A stretch of DNA of 64,000 nucleotides from Eledone cirrhosa (lineage: Eukaryota), in assembly GCA_964016885.1 (NCBI GenBank), contig OZ024745.1:71052001-71116000 (forward strand). The letters run 5' to 3'. The position numbers and the translations under genes are program-made. A model generated the notes under the pieces. It was not told where the DNA came from, did no database searches, and saw only the letters and a list, made by a program, of their open reading frames with translations. Shown piece after piece: positions 1 through 12,206 of this stretch. The stretch's first letter is position 1, and every line of letters begins with the position of its first letter.

Positions 1-269
1 GATATTTTTTTACAAGTGTGTAACCACACATAGCTAGGTAGGTAACTAAATAAAGTTGACCAGAACTTCAAAAATAGATACCTTATAATATGATTAATCT
101 TCCCTGTATATATTCCATTAAAGAAATATATTTCACCAATTAATCAGATGGTAAACCACAGAAGTGGAGACTTGGATTTTCAACAAGGAAGAAGTTCCAG
201 CAATCCGTGTTTACACTTCAAGTTCAAATCAGCGACTGGCCAGCACCACGTGTAGTATTTACTAGAAAT

Positions 270-324
<55 letters not shown>

Positions 325-329
<5 letters not shown>

Positions 330-672
330 CAATGATACATGACAGTGAAACAAGGGCCTTCGCCACAAAAGACATGAGAAGATTAGAAACAATTGAAGCC
401 AACAGGTTCCGATAGATGTGTTAAGCTAGCGCGTATGAATGACGTAGCATAAGAGAACTGGGAGAAAAACCCGACATATTAAGAAATGGATGTAGTACGG
501 AAAAGAGAAACTGCATAGGTTTAGACATGTCATGCATATGAAAGATGACAGCTGCGATAAGAAATATGGAGAAATCCCAGTGGCTGGGATCCGTGGAAGA
601 GACAGACCCAGGAAGATTGGGATGTGGTCGTGAAGACCAATATTAAGAAGCATAAATGTGACCTGACACATC
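325..672 (+). mobile_element. Degenerate RTE-clade LINE fragment (post-RT region)
   Basis: Broken frames read as RTE-like motifs: 'DMRRLETIEA', 'HVMHMKDD', 'GRDRPRK' (GRGRPRK-like). Many stops and frameshifts. Confidence 0.6.
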
Positions 673-1213
673 ATTGCCCTTCACCACCCGACCCCATTTA
701 TGCCCTCCTCCCTTACTGTATCGCTTCTTAGCTAGTACTCTCTGTCCTCCTTCCCTCTACATACCTTCTCTATTACTCCCAAATAGCTACGCTACCAATT
801 CTGTGCTCACACCCCGCCTCTGCCTCCTCCACTCTTTAGCCATCCCCCCTCTCTCAAGTCCTTAGAAATCCACTCTATCACACCCTTGCAGCTACACACG
901 TGCCCCTCTGCACACCACTCTACCCTGCCCGTGCTCCCTCTACTACCACTTATTATATATTGTCTCTATCATTACACTGCTCATCACCATGCTAGCGACG
1001 ACGCCACCCACGCCTCCACCACCATCACTATTCAAGTATACTCACCATTACTACATGCCCTACGCTATCGGATATCTCTTCTTGGTCCTTACTCATCTCC
1101 CTGTCAAATTACACCCGACCATACATCCACAACTTCACACTTATCACCCTTCTCATCTCCTTCCTCCAACTTCGCAGAGCAGAGAAGGCCCTTCAATTGG
1201 GACATTAATCGAC

Positions 1214-1600
1214 AACTTCTCTAGGGTTGGTGCCACAAAACTGCACCCGGTACACACTCTAAGGTGGTTAGCGATAGAAAGGATACCTTGTTATAGAAAT
1301 GATGTGAAAGGGGTTAGGAGGACATTTCAGTTGAGTCAAGGACCTAGCAATCTCCCTAGTGTTGGTAATCTGCTGTAAAGTGGTTGGCCATAGGAAGTGC
1401 AGCCAACCGTAGAAATAATGTCAATAATATAACTTCCCTTGTGATGGTAACACAGTAGAGTGTGGGGCCGGTCACAAACGAGTTACGGACTCCCAGCGTG
1501 TCGGTGGGTAAGTAGACTTCAATAATGACTCGGTCAAGATCCGTCAAACCCTTGCTAGCAAATAAAGCGGGCATTATATGATGATGATCATGATGATCAT
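1214..1600 (+). mobile_element. Degenerate SINE 3' parts with RTE-type tail, two partial copies
   Basis: Two related copies of a motif ('aaggtggttagcgatagaaagg' and 'gtaaagtggttggccataggaag'), ending in 'tcaaacccttgctagc...atgatgatgatc' with a (TGA)n tail. Confidence 0.5.
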
Positions 1601-1782
1601 GATATATATATACACATATATATATAAATACACATACAAACACATCGACACCCACACACACACGAAGATATATCTGTGTGTGTGAGAAAAAGAAAGAGGG
1701 GGCACAGAGATACAGAAGAAGAATAGACTATAGTACACTTTAATGGAACATTTTTACCGATCTATAACTGGTGAAAGGCAGA

Positions 1783-2043
<261 letters not shown>

Positions 2044-2047
2044 ATCC

Positions 2048-2109
<62 letters not shown>

Positions 2110-2121
2110 TTAATATAGATG

Positions 2122-2172
2122 AGATTCTACAGGACTAGAACTGTTTCATTCTTTAGAAATCATCAGGAATCT
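2122..2172 (-). ncRNA. Type I hammerhead ribozyme (family A)
   Basis: Minus strand: AGATTC-CTGATGA-tttctaaagaat-GAAA-CAG-ttctagtc-CTG-TA-GAATCT. Helices I, II and III pair; GUA cleavage triplet. Confidence 0.85.
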
Positions 2173-2584
2173 GGGTATCAAAAAATAAAAATGGTATTTA
2201 TAGGTCTCTATAAGTGGTAGGAGAGGGTGGGGAGTGGGATGGGTGTGGGTCATTGGTTGATAGAAAAGGGAATTCATTAAAAGCTAATTCTACAAAGCTA
2301 TAGTTTATTTTTATTTATTTATGTTTTTAGAGTAACAAAGGCAGACAGAGTTCTATAAACAGGTTCCGGATGGCATACCATTCCTTGTCATTAAGTTTCT
2401 CTTAAGCTAACAGATGTCTATAAGATCAGTGGTAGATAGAATTAAAGAAAAGGGAGATTCTTTAAAAGCTAAAATCATTAAGGTTCTACTAAGTGACAAA
2501 GGTTTAGAGAAGGTTTAGAGAATTCTGTAGACAGATTCAAAATACTGAGTGCATATCTTACAATTATCTTATTTTTTGATACCC

Positions 2585-2635
2585 AGATTCCTGATGATTT
2601 CTAAAGAATGAAACAGTTCTAGTCCTGTAGAATCT
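2585..2635 (+). ncRNA. Type I hammerhead ribozyme (family A)
   Basis: AGATTC-CTGATGA-tttctaaagaat-GAAA-CAG-ttctagtc-CTG-TA-GAATCT. Confidence 0.85.
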
Positions 2636-2717
2636 CATCTATATTAAAACTTTTATACTCTGCTATGTATTGAGTACCTTACTTACTGTGGTTACCTCCG
2701 ATTCAACCCGGAATAAC

Positions 2718-2776
<59 letters not shown>

Positions 2777-2957
2777 TAAACGGAATAGAAAATGCTGACA
2801 AATTGTTCACAGTGAAAAATAGTTTAATTAGGAATAAGTGAGAATTAGTAATAGTATTGGTTAGTATTCAGTTTGGGTTTTAAGCTTTACCGGTTGCGCA
2901 TTTCTAATGCTTTTCAAAAATAATTTTGAGATAGAGCGTCCGTGATGTTTGCTCTGA

Positions 2958-3041
<84 letters not shown>

Positions 3042-3739
3042 GGATAAGAATCGAAGTTATAGCTGCCATATAGCAGCTACTAATCGAGTTGTTTGAGGTG
3101 GCATTCACAAAGCACTCAATGGATCGATAAGCTAAACATTATCGTTCAGAATAAAACACAACAGTTACAAAGTGTGACACCAAGAAAAACGACCGAATGC
3201 AGTGGCTATACTTATGTCACAACAACGATAAATACAAAAAGGTTGAAGACTATATAGGAAAATTGAATTATATCTGACCGTAACTGTGACTAAATAAAAT
3301 AGTCTAATAATAACTGGGCGTATAAGCCCCCTGAACGAGAAAAGATGGGCATCGGCCCGCATGGGGGTTGAACTCTGTTAAACAAGAGAGGTGGGTTCGA
3401 GCACCATGCGTGCTAATACCCAACTTTTTTGTTCAGTGGGATTATTAGCCCCATTATTACTAGTTTATCATATTTAGTCAAAGTTATCGTGAAAGCTTCT
3501 CATTCGTCTATGAAATCATAATTCGATTTTCAAATTCGCCGTTTTCTGAACATTCTTTCTTTAGAAATATATATATATATATTTTAGTATGGTATGGTCT
3601 TGTAACACCTGATGGCGGTTGCCGTAATGGCATACCACGTCCTTTGGACATTTTCAAAAAAACCTGATGGAGCCTATCTCTCTCCAGGTTTGAACACACC
3701 AGATTTCTTCTAGAGAAGGATAGAAAGTGAGAGGGGAAG

Positions 3740-3872
3740 TTTCTCTGGTACTTTATTTAGCGACCTCGAAAGGATGAAAGACAAAGTTGACTCCGGCAGG
3801 ATTTGAATTCAGAGAGCAGAGAGCCGGGACGAATATCGCAAAGCATTCTATCCGGCGTTCTAACGATTCAGG
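3740..3872 (-). mobile_element. tRNA-type SINE
   Basis: Carries the 'ggtactttattt..cgacc.cgaaaggatgaaag.caaagttgac..cggc.ggatttgaa.tcag' core found in many copies in this window. Confidence 0.75.
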
Positions 3873-3960
3873 TATTTATTACGATAACAAATCATTCTTC
3901 CGAAACACAATTCGTCCCAGATATTGATATATATATAAAGAGATAGAGAGAGAGACAGAC

Positions 3961-4019
<59 letters not shown>

Positions 4020-4094
4020 TAACAGATTAAAGTTTAAGCAAAGAATCGCTGCTTTCACCCTTAACGGGATCTTCTGAAACTAACAAAGTCAATC

Positions 4095-4238
<144 letters not shown>

Positions 4239-4257
4239 TATATACATATATACATAT

Positions 4258-4850
4258 ATGGTGGTGGCTGCCAACTCGTTTTCGAGTACGGCCACTACTT
4301 TATATCCATGTAGGAGAACCCCTACCGATGCGCTAAACCAGTGTGACTTTTTAGTCCAGCCAGCGACTTGAAAACTCTGGTACAAACACTACACTTGTGA
4401 CAATTATTGACACATAGTGCTGGGCCCATGGTACCATGTGACGACAAGTGCAGAGAGATCTCCAGATTTAAAGCAATGCCTGTGCCGTGAAGCTTTTATA
4501 GTGAGCAAAGGCACTGCACAAAGCCAGTCCCACTCTCTTAACCAAGATGATATTTACCAAAAAGAAGAACAAGTCAACATCATTGGATACCATCAGGGTT
4601 GCAGGTGTTATATCAGAGTTTTCCTTCTCCTAGGATTCTGCCTTGGATTCTCCGGGTGATTTTGGATGGCCATTGACTCTTAAGAGCTCCTTTGCCCTTT
4701 GACAGGTTTTGTTTTTAGTCTTGCAGGATGTCCAAAGTCACCCTCCTCACCAAGAAACCTTGGTGGGGTTGCCAGTTTAGTCGCCAACGACCCGACCATG
4801 AGACAGGTTGTACTGTGATACATGTTACCAGTAGCACCAACTGGTGACCT
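4258..4850 (-). mobile_element. Non-autonomous RTE derivative (5'UTR-like part, C-terminal zinc finger, 3' tail)
   Basis: Minus strand has an RTE 5'UTR-like motif 'ctaggagaaggaaaactctga', a frame reading [23 protein letters not shown], and a tail 'tggccgtactcgaaaacgagttggcagccacc'. A near-identical copy lies at 39300-39680. Confidence 0.7.
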
Positions 4851-4871
4851 GACATATATATACATGTATAT

Positions 4872-4939
4872 ATCCCCAAGTATAACAATATTTGTTTCGA
4901 CACACGATTTCATATCAAAAACCTCGCAAAACTAATTAA

Positions 4940-4942
<3 letters not shown>
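4872..4942 (+). mobile_element. PLE family C terminal fragment
   Basis: Reverse complement of ~6857-6922; flanked by (TA)n. Confidence 0.7.
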
Positions 4943-5034
<92 letters not shown>

Positions 5035-5726
5035 ATATACATGTATATATATACATATATATATGTATATATATATATACATATACAGACTTGTATATAT
5101 GCATATATACATACATTTACATATATATAGAGAGAGAGAGAGATGGGGGGGGGCGAGAGAGAAAGAGAGAGAGTGGATGGAGGGAGAGATAATTCTTAAT
5201 CATGGCAGGCACCGATTGTTAAGTCTAACAGATTAAAACAATAAATCCATCTTAATACTGCCTCCTAATACAGCTAAATATCACAATTACAAATCCATAT
5301 AATAGACTAATTGTGTTGCTCTATAACCCCAGGAAAATCAACGTTTGTGCAAATTCAATAATGTCAGATGCCATAACTTACATTATGTTTATGGTGTGTG
5401 GTTAACTCTATCTATGCATGAATACATACACAGTCAGACAGAACCTCGCACACACACACATGTATGTATGTATGTATACGTAAACAGTCATTTATGTATG
5501 TATGTGTACATACACACGCACACCAACATACAGACACAAGCACGCATAAATATATGTAGTGGGTGTACGTGTGTTTTTTTTCTTTTTGCTATGTTTAAGA
5601 TAAACAGGATTACATCATATCCAGATCAAAATAATGTCTAATGTATTGTGCTAACAACACCGAGGTTTTTCTCCATTTACTTTGTATATTAAAAACATGT
5701 GTGCATCCACACACACATACTCATAA

Positions 5727-5757
<31 letters not shown>

Positions 5758-6788
5758 TACGCATACATACACTTAAATTGAGAGTACGAACGAATGAAAA
5801 CAATATTCAACACAGTGTGAAAGTTCAGGGTATATTAACAGTTAACTTATTCGTGCATCACCAAACGTACTTCTTTACAACCACCACCACTACCACATTT
5901 ACTTTTTATTTATGTAAATGCATCTGACGGAGTTGGACATGCTTATGTATAAATACACAAATAGCATACGGTGATTTGGAGACCACCAATCTGGACTTCA
6001 GTAATGACAACCTAAGAAACAAGATAACTGCATAACCTATTTTCCCCATGTCTTGGAATACGCGTTGGGTTGGAACGCAATTGCGGCTGATGCTTTTGTT
6101 GGCAGCCACGCCATTTGCCATTTGCCGAATGCTGCAATAAAAGCCACGGGATACATCAGACTGAGAGATGTATCTACGCATCGCTCCTAGTACATCTCGA
6201 AAACTGCAATCTATCTGCCATGTCATGCAATAAGGGCTACGGGGAACTAAGGAAACCGAGATAACCTACAGTCTGGTGAGCTTCTGGGCTTGGAACAGAC
6301 TTTGACAATTAACTTTAACATCGGGGCTAAGATCGGAGCCTCTACCTTTTGACTTGTGGAAGCGAATTCCTTTGGCAATGTTCCTTGGAAATAAATTATG
6401 CGTCAGTATGCAGCTGGTAGAAAGGAAGAATGTTCAAGTTTATGATTTTATTTTTAATTTCTCGAAGAACTACAACACTCTTGGCTTGGTTCCTTCCTGA
6501 TTACATCTTTTTCTACAACTGATATTCATATCAAACGTCAACAACACTAATCTCACGAATATAGGAAGGCATGAAAATAACAAGTACGACCACGCTGCTG
6601 GTGACACACATACGTCATAGAGAAGACCTTGCCAAGAGCAGATCCTTTTGCAACAAGACATACAGAAGTCCTATACAGAAATACAGTACAGTGTATATAT
6701 TTATATAGAGAGAGAGAGGGAAAGAGGGGGGGGGGAGACAGAGTAGAGAGTCAATGTCCGATGACTGAAGTCTTGCCGTTTTGACAGC

Positions 6789-6847
<59 letters not shown>

Positions 6848-6849
<2 letters not shown>

Positions 6850-7800
6850 CGGCGATGAATTAGTTTTGCGAGGTTTTTGATATGAAATCGTGTGTCGAAA
6901 CAAATATTGTTATACTTGGGGAGGGTCATATTTGTGTAATATTGCCAGAATTAATAATAGAATTAATAATAAGATGTACAGAGGGTACTTGCAGAAACAT
7001 GACAACAACATGCATGCTCGTAACATAAGTGAAAGGATAGACCAACACTGGGGAGGAACTAAAAGGACGAAAAAACGATTCAGTACTATACGAACATGCC
7101 AGACAACAACACAACGGTAACATAGACAACATAGAAGTTAGAATAATATCTAAACATAGAAATGACCCAGCAGATAGGCAAATCAGAGAGGCCAGCGAAA
7201 TAGAACTTAGAAGGTCAAGGCTAAACAGAAAAAATGAATGGAATAACAACAACACCCAAGCAAACAACACCGACCTAAGAGAAGTATAAATAGATAGATA
7301 GATAAATAAATAAATAGATAAATACATACACAAGCACAATAACAATAAAACACATATAAACACACACTAGTAAACTAAGATAGAATACATTAACCAATAC
7401 ACAGTCACCCAAACAAGAACACACATCAAACAAAACACTATACGCAAACGCAAACGCATGCGCAGAGAAGACAAAAAAAATAAACAAATAAATAAATAAA
7501 TAAACAAACTAAATAAAGATGGTGTAAGCATAAAATGCAACGGGAGGAAACATAATAACAACACTGACGATGTTGCAGATGTGCAACGAAAGAACTTTGA
7601 CAGACTATATATATGTGTTTGTGTCTATATTGTATCTGTATTTTTGACCGTTGGTCAGTCAATGGCAACATTGAGGACCGAATAAATTAAATTAACCGAT
7701 ATAAAAGACACAGAAGCGAAAACCACCCAAACAGTGAGTGTGTTCTGTTATTAATTCTGGCAATATTACGCAAATATGACCCTCCACAAGTATAACAATA
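6848..7800. mobile_element. PLE family C fold-back insertion with GIY-YIG C-terminal remnant
   Basis: ~6905-6962 is inverted to ~7742-7800. The + strand ~7015-7245 reads RNISERIDQHW then, after a frameshift, DSVLYEHARQQHNGNIDNIEVRIISKHRNDPADRQIREASEIELRRSRLNRKNEW (PLE endonuclease C-terminus). (TA)n on both sides. Confidence 0.8.
7550..7620 (+). ncRNA. Hammerhead-like motif (family C)
   Basis: CTGACGA-t-GTTGCA-gatg-TGCAAC-GAAAG...CTA. Helix II is clear; helices I and III are weak. Confidence 0.5.
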
Positions 7801-7815
7801 TATATATATATATAT

Positions 7816-7930
7816 ATGACCCAGCAGATAGGCATGACCCCGACGGCAGAGCTCCAGGCGTTTCGACGGCTATTTCTAGTACTCTGGTGCGTTATGGTAC
7901 ATCTGGTTCCTTACCACAACTCCTTTGTTA
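7816..7930. mobile_element. Short PLE family B fold-back/chimeric insertion
   Basis: Minus-strand helix III segment (gaccccgacggc...gtttcgacggcta) joined to a plus-strand family-B tail (agtactctggtgcgttatgg...ccttaccaca). Confidence 0.7.
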
Positions 7931-7937
7931 TATATAA

Positions 7938-7980
<43 letters not shown>

Positions 7981-7981
<1 letters not shown>

Positions 7982-8156
7982 CATTCTACAGGACTAGAAC
8001 TGTTTCATTCTTTAGAAATCATCAGATTCCTGATGATTTCTAAAGAATGAAACAGTTCTAGTCCTGTAGAATCTCATCTATATTAAAACTTTTATACTCT
8101 GCAATGTATTGAGTACCTTACTTACTGTGGTTACCTCCGATTCAACCCGGAATAAC

Positions 8157-8160
<4 letters not shown>
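7981..8160. mobile_element. Minimal PLE family A fold-back; intact HHR at 8024-8074 (+)
   Basis: Perfect inverted repeat centred on 'catcag attc ctgatg'. The right arm continues to the full family-A end 'cccggaataacgta'. Confidence 0.85.
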
Positions 8161-8215
<55 letters not shown>

Positions 8216-8217
<2 letters not shown>

Positions 8218-8341
8218 ACGAAGGAAATGTGGTAAGGAACCAGGTGGACCATAACGCACCAAAGTACTCAATACTTAGGGTAGTAGAGTGGGTAATAGGA
8301 ACGAGTAGGACCCCGACGGCTGAGCTCAAGCCGTTTCGACG
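8216..8341 (-). mobile_element. PLE family B 3' terminal fragment
   Basis: Matches ~17208-17332 and the reverse complement of 28838-28962. Includes HHR helix III GAAA-CGGC...GCCG-TC. Confidence 0.8.
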
Positions 8342-9180
8342 TGACGACTGATAGACAAGTGCACTCAATAACATTTCCAAATACATTTCCAACGCGTGTT
8401 ACGAATAAGTTTGTTAAGTTTCAACTGATGCAGAAAAAGAAGGTTTTAAGAGGGCAAAGGATGTTTCACAGAAAATACTTGTATGGAAACATTAGAATTT
8501 CTAACAGATTCTATATTAAACATTCCAGTGTAGTAAAACAAAATACAGAAATAAATAGCAGGAACTATCTTACATCAACAGTTCCAATCTTGTCGAACAA
8601 GATACAAGGAGACAAAGAGAGAGAATAAATATCTCTCTATCAACAGAAGTATTGAAGACATTGTTACTGCGAGCAAAACACAAAAGAGATACAAGAATGA
8701 ATGTCATAGATTTAGAAGAAGTGTCAACATTTATAAATATCCTGGTTAACTCGTCGAAGAAAACAGGAAGTGTAATAGAGAAATTAAAAGAAGAATGAGA
8801 ATAGTAAGATCTCACTTCCTGAGCATGAAAGCACTCTTGACATGAACATAGCTTTCACTAAATCTATTTTAAAAATCATTGTACAGTGTTAGAACTCTTC
8901 AGGTTTTCACTTTGACTGTGAAACGTGAGTACTCAATAAAGACAGACAAATGAATCGTCTGACAGATGTAGGTATTTACTAGATTAGGACAAATAAAATG
9001 GATATGAAAATAGCGGAATATAGAATATAAAAGTACTTCAACTTCGAAAATGTCGATTGCAAATTATTAAAAACGATCTCATAAAAGGTGACTAAAATTC
9101 TTTGGACATTTCAAAATACAATAAAAATCTATTAGTAAAAAGAGAATTCAAGAGGAAAGGTAAAAGAGAAATAGCGGTAG

Positions 9181-9216
<36 letters not shown>

Positions 9217-9334
9217 GGTGGACAGAGCTGCCAATATTTGGCATTATATTGTTTAATAGGGTTAAGTGTATTAACATTACCAAAATAGTGCCTACTGAGA
9301 AACTTGAATCAATTTCACTCTAGACGACTTAACA

Positions 9335-9805
9335 TAGGTGCTGACATAGTTGGGTGGTTAAGAGCTTCGTGATACTGTAGCCTCGGTTTGAATAATACAT
9401 TCTGAGACACATTTGGTAAACCCCCAAAAGTATGAAAACACGTGATATTAATAATTTTATTCTATGATTTACTTCATCCAACTATGGTCATTCTGGGACA
9501 TAAACTTGAAGGAATTTAATCCAAAATATTTATTTAGTCCAAAATATAATCTAGTCGAGTTTTTTTTTTTTTTTTTTTTTCATGTGTGGTATATTATATA
9601 TTTGATTGAATTTTGGGTCGAATCACTAATTCACACGACATAAACATGAACATTGAACAAACACATACACACACGTGTGAATTTCCATACAGTTTCTGTT
9701 TACCAAGTTTTACACGCAAGACATGGATCAACCTGATACTATAGTAGAAGACAGTGGAACTGAATCCGAAACAACATGGTTACTAAGCGAACTCCTTAAC
9801 CACGG
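9335..9805. mobile_element. Degenerate SINE pieces (second SINE family)
   Basis: tRNA-like head 'ggtgctgacatagttgggtggttaagagcttcg' and an oppositely oriented piece 'cagtttctgtttaccaag...ctatagtagaagaca...gaactgaatccgaaacaacatggtt'. Confidence 0.5.
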
Positions 9806-10086
9806 GGGTTTCTCTCTCTCTCTCTCTCATTCGGTGTGTCGATTTACCTCTCTTTGTGTCAAAATAGTATCTATTCGATAAAGAGAGATTCTATTACATA
9901 ACTTCCAAGCTGCAAAAGGTATTGGGTTCTCTATAATTGACTAAAACATTTGAGGGAAGTTCTCCAGCATGACTGCCGTACATTGAAACCAGTAAAGTAG
10001 TAAAAGACGAAAACATTTATTGATTGAAAATTTTGTATTAGGTTGTGTGTGTTTACAAACAGGAAGGGAGAAAACGTGGTGCTGGA

Positions 10087-10121
<35 letters not shown>

Positions 10122-10758
10122 AAAATAGATAAATAGATAAATAAATAAATAAAGAGCAAACACTACTTCCGTACGCCCCTAGCTGTCTGCTACATCTCAG
10201 CTAAATACTGGGAACTAGAGAGCAAAAGCTTTACCACGAAGAACCACCAGCCATACCTACTCCATGAGCCATTCCACACCACGAAGCTCTTACGACAGGC
10301 GATATACCCGCTTCCCTATCTTGCGAAAGAAAATGGCAGTCCGAGGGCCGAGGACTAGGGAAACCTTGATGGTGACCTGCACAAAAACGGTTAGTCAAAG
10401 CCATATGGAAATATTTGTTTCGTCATGTCTATATGTTTTGTTATGAAAATGTATCTATTTTCAAATAGTAGTATCATAATATAGAATTGCATAACAAAGA
10501 CTCGTATGAAGGAAGGTATATTCGATTATATCGTTCTCATTATTTGACTGATAATATTTTAGTTAGTTAAGCTCGAGCCAATATAGCAAAGTCCCTTTTC
10601 TTTACTTCTGTCCATCGTTGCCATCTTCAATTTCTGGATAGATTTCAGAACAGTATCTTCCTTCAAATTTTCAATGTAGGCGACATGATATCTGCAAAGG
10701 CTTCCTGGTTATTTCAACACAAAAGGAAATAGTACTAAGCCCGTAGAAATCACTTCTA

Positions 10759-10779
10759 TCTGTATATATATAAAATTAA

Positions 10780-10858
<79 letters not shown>

Positions 10859-11736
10859 TGTAGGGGCCTACATCTTACGACCGATTTTCATGAAACTTTA
10901 CAGGCTCATAGATTAGTCATCGGGGAGTGTTTTCTATATATCAGCGTATCGTTTTTTTTTTTATTCCGGGGTCATTCTGCAAATAAAAATCGATAGGGAA
11001 GTCACCTTTTTTTAGGTATCGAAAAATAAGATTTTTGGCTCTGTATTTGTTGTTCAGGGACAACGTGGCAGCCGCTTAAATATTCAAAAATACCACTTTT
11101 AGACTCAAATTTCCACTTTTTCGGCTCTAGCTCTCACATTAATCAACCTACTTTGTTCAAATTTTACACTACGCTCGATCTGATTATTTCACGTCTTAAA
11201 GTCGCTTTACATTTTGGATTTTTTTGTTCAGGAAGGGCGTGGCAGCCGCTTAAATATTCGAAAATACCACCTTTTCGTTCAAATTTCCGCCTTTTCGGCT
11301 CTAGCTCCCACATTTTTCAACCGATTTCGTTCAAATTCGAAACTTCGGCTCCACCTCACACATAAATCAATTTATTTGGTTCAACTTTTATACTACGATA
11401 GAACCTATCATTGCACATTTTATAGATGGTCAAAGGCAAAACGATGGCCACTGACGTCGTCTGAGCTTTTAGTTGTGTATTTGAGAATTCATCGGTTTCC
11501 AATCAAGTAGCGTGAAGAAATTTGGCTTAGTGTTACAGGTCATTACATCCCTCCTCCAGCATGCCCCTTCGTCAGTCACCCGCGTTTCTCAGTGATAGAG
11601 GTCATCACCACCCTCCCCCGCATGGCCTGTGTGTGGCCATAGATGAGTCATCGAGAAGCAGTCGCTAAGATCAACACCTTTTCATCAAAGCAGATATTAT
11701 TTTACCTACCCAGGCAATGCTGGGTACTGCTGCTAG
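10759..11736 (+). mobile_element. Non-autonomous Helitron
   Basis: Starts A|TC-TGTATATATATAAAA followed by a microsatellite. Ends with hairpin CCCAGgcaatgCTGGG then CTAG|T. Internal ~90-bp direct duplication (~11050-11140 vs ~11223-11315). Confidence 0.75.
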
Positions 11737-11932
11737 TTTGAAATAAAATTAAGTATCTTCTATTCTTGATGTTTTGCGTTCCTTACTTCAACTGTGGTTT
11801 CTTTCCGTTCTTCAACGAAAAAAAGTTCTATTATATATATATGTGTGTATGTGTTTGTATGTATGTATGTGTGTATGTGTGTATGAGTGATAACATGATG
11901 TAACTTTGTTTTTGTTTGTTTTTTTGTTTCAT

Positions 11933-11977
<45 letters not shown>

Positions 11978-12047
11978 GAGGTTATATTTAATTTGTTGCA
12001 TTTTTTTTCAGGGTGCCAATATTTATTTACAAAACTAATCTATATTA

Positions 12048-12113
12048 TATTTTATCTGATGAAAGCGCATCATAATCTGCCTTGGTGGCCCTTGAAATAT
12101 GTATAATGAAATA
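12048..12113 (+). ncRNA. Minimal type I hammerhead ribozyme with near-palindromic helix III
   Basis: TATTTTAT-CTGATGA-aagcgcatca...tggtggccctt-GAAA-TATGTA-TA-ATGAAATA. Lies in a ~180-bp insert between (TA)n tracts. Confidence 0.65.
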
Positions 12114-12155
12114 AATATGGTTTTATAAATATAGTTTCCATTTGTTAATATATTG

Positions 12156-12200
<45 letters not shown>

Positions 12201-12206
<6 letters not shown>

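Larger units (their letters stand above)
2106..2720. mobile_element. PLE family A fold-back insertion in (TA)n
   Basis: 2106-2190 is the reverse complement of ~2568-2650. Both arms contain an HHR. (TA)n on both sides. Confidence 0.85.

Noticed and set aside
2885-2960. GAAATGCGCA on the minus strand resembling palindromic helix III
   Set aside because: No CUGANGA-like core or helix I found upstream.
10770-11756. 14-bp direct repeat ATAAAATTAAGTAT near both Helitron ends as a TSD
   Set aside because: It is AT-rich and offset from the TC/CTAG termini, and Helitrons do not make TSDs; likely chance.
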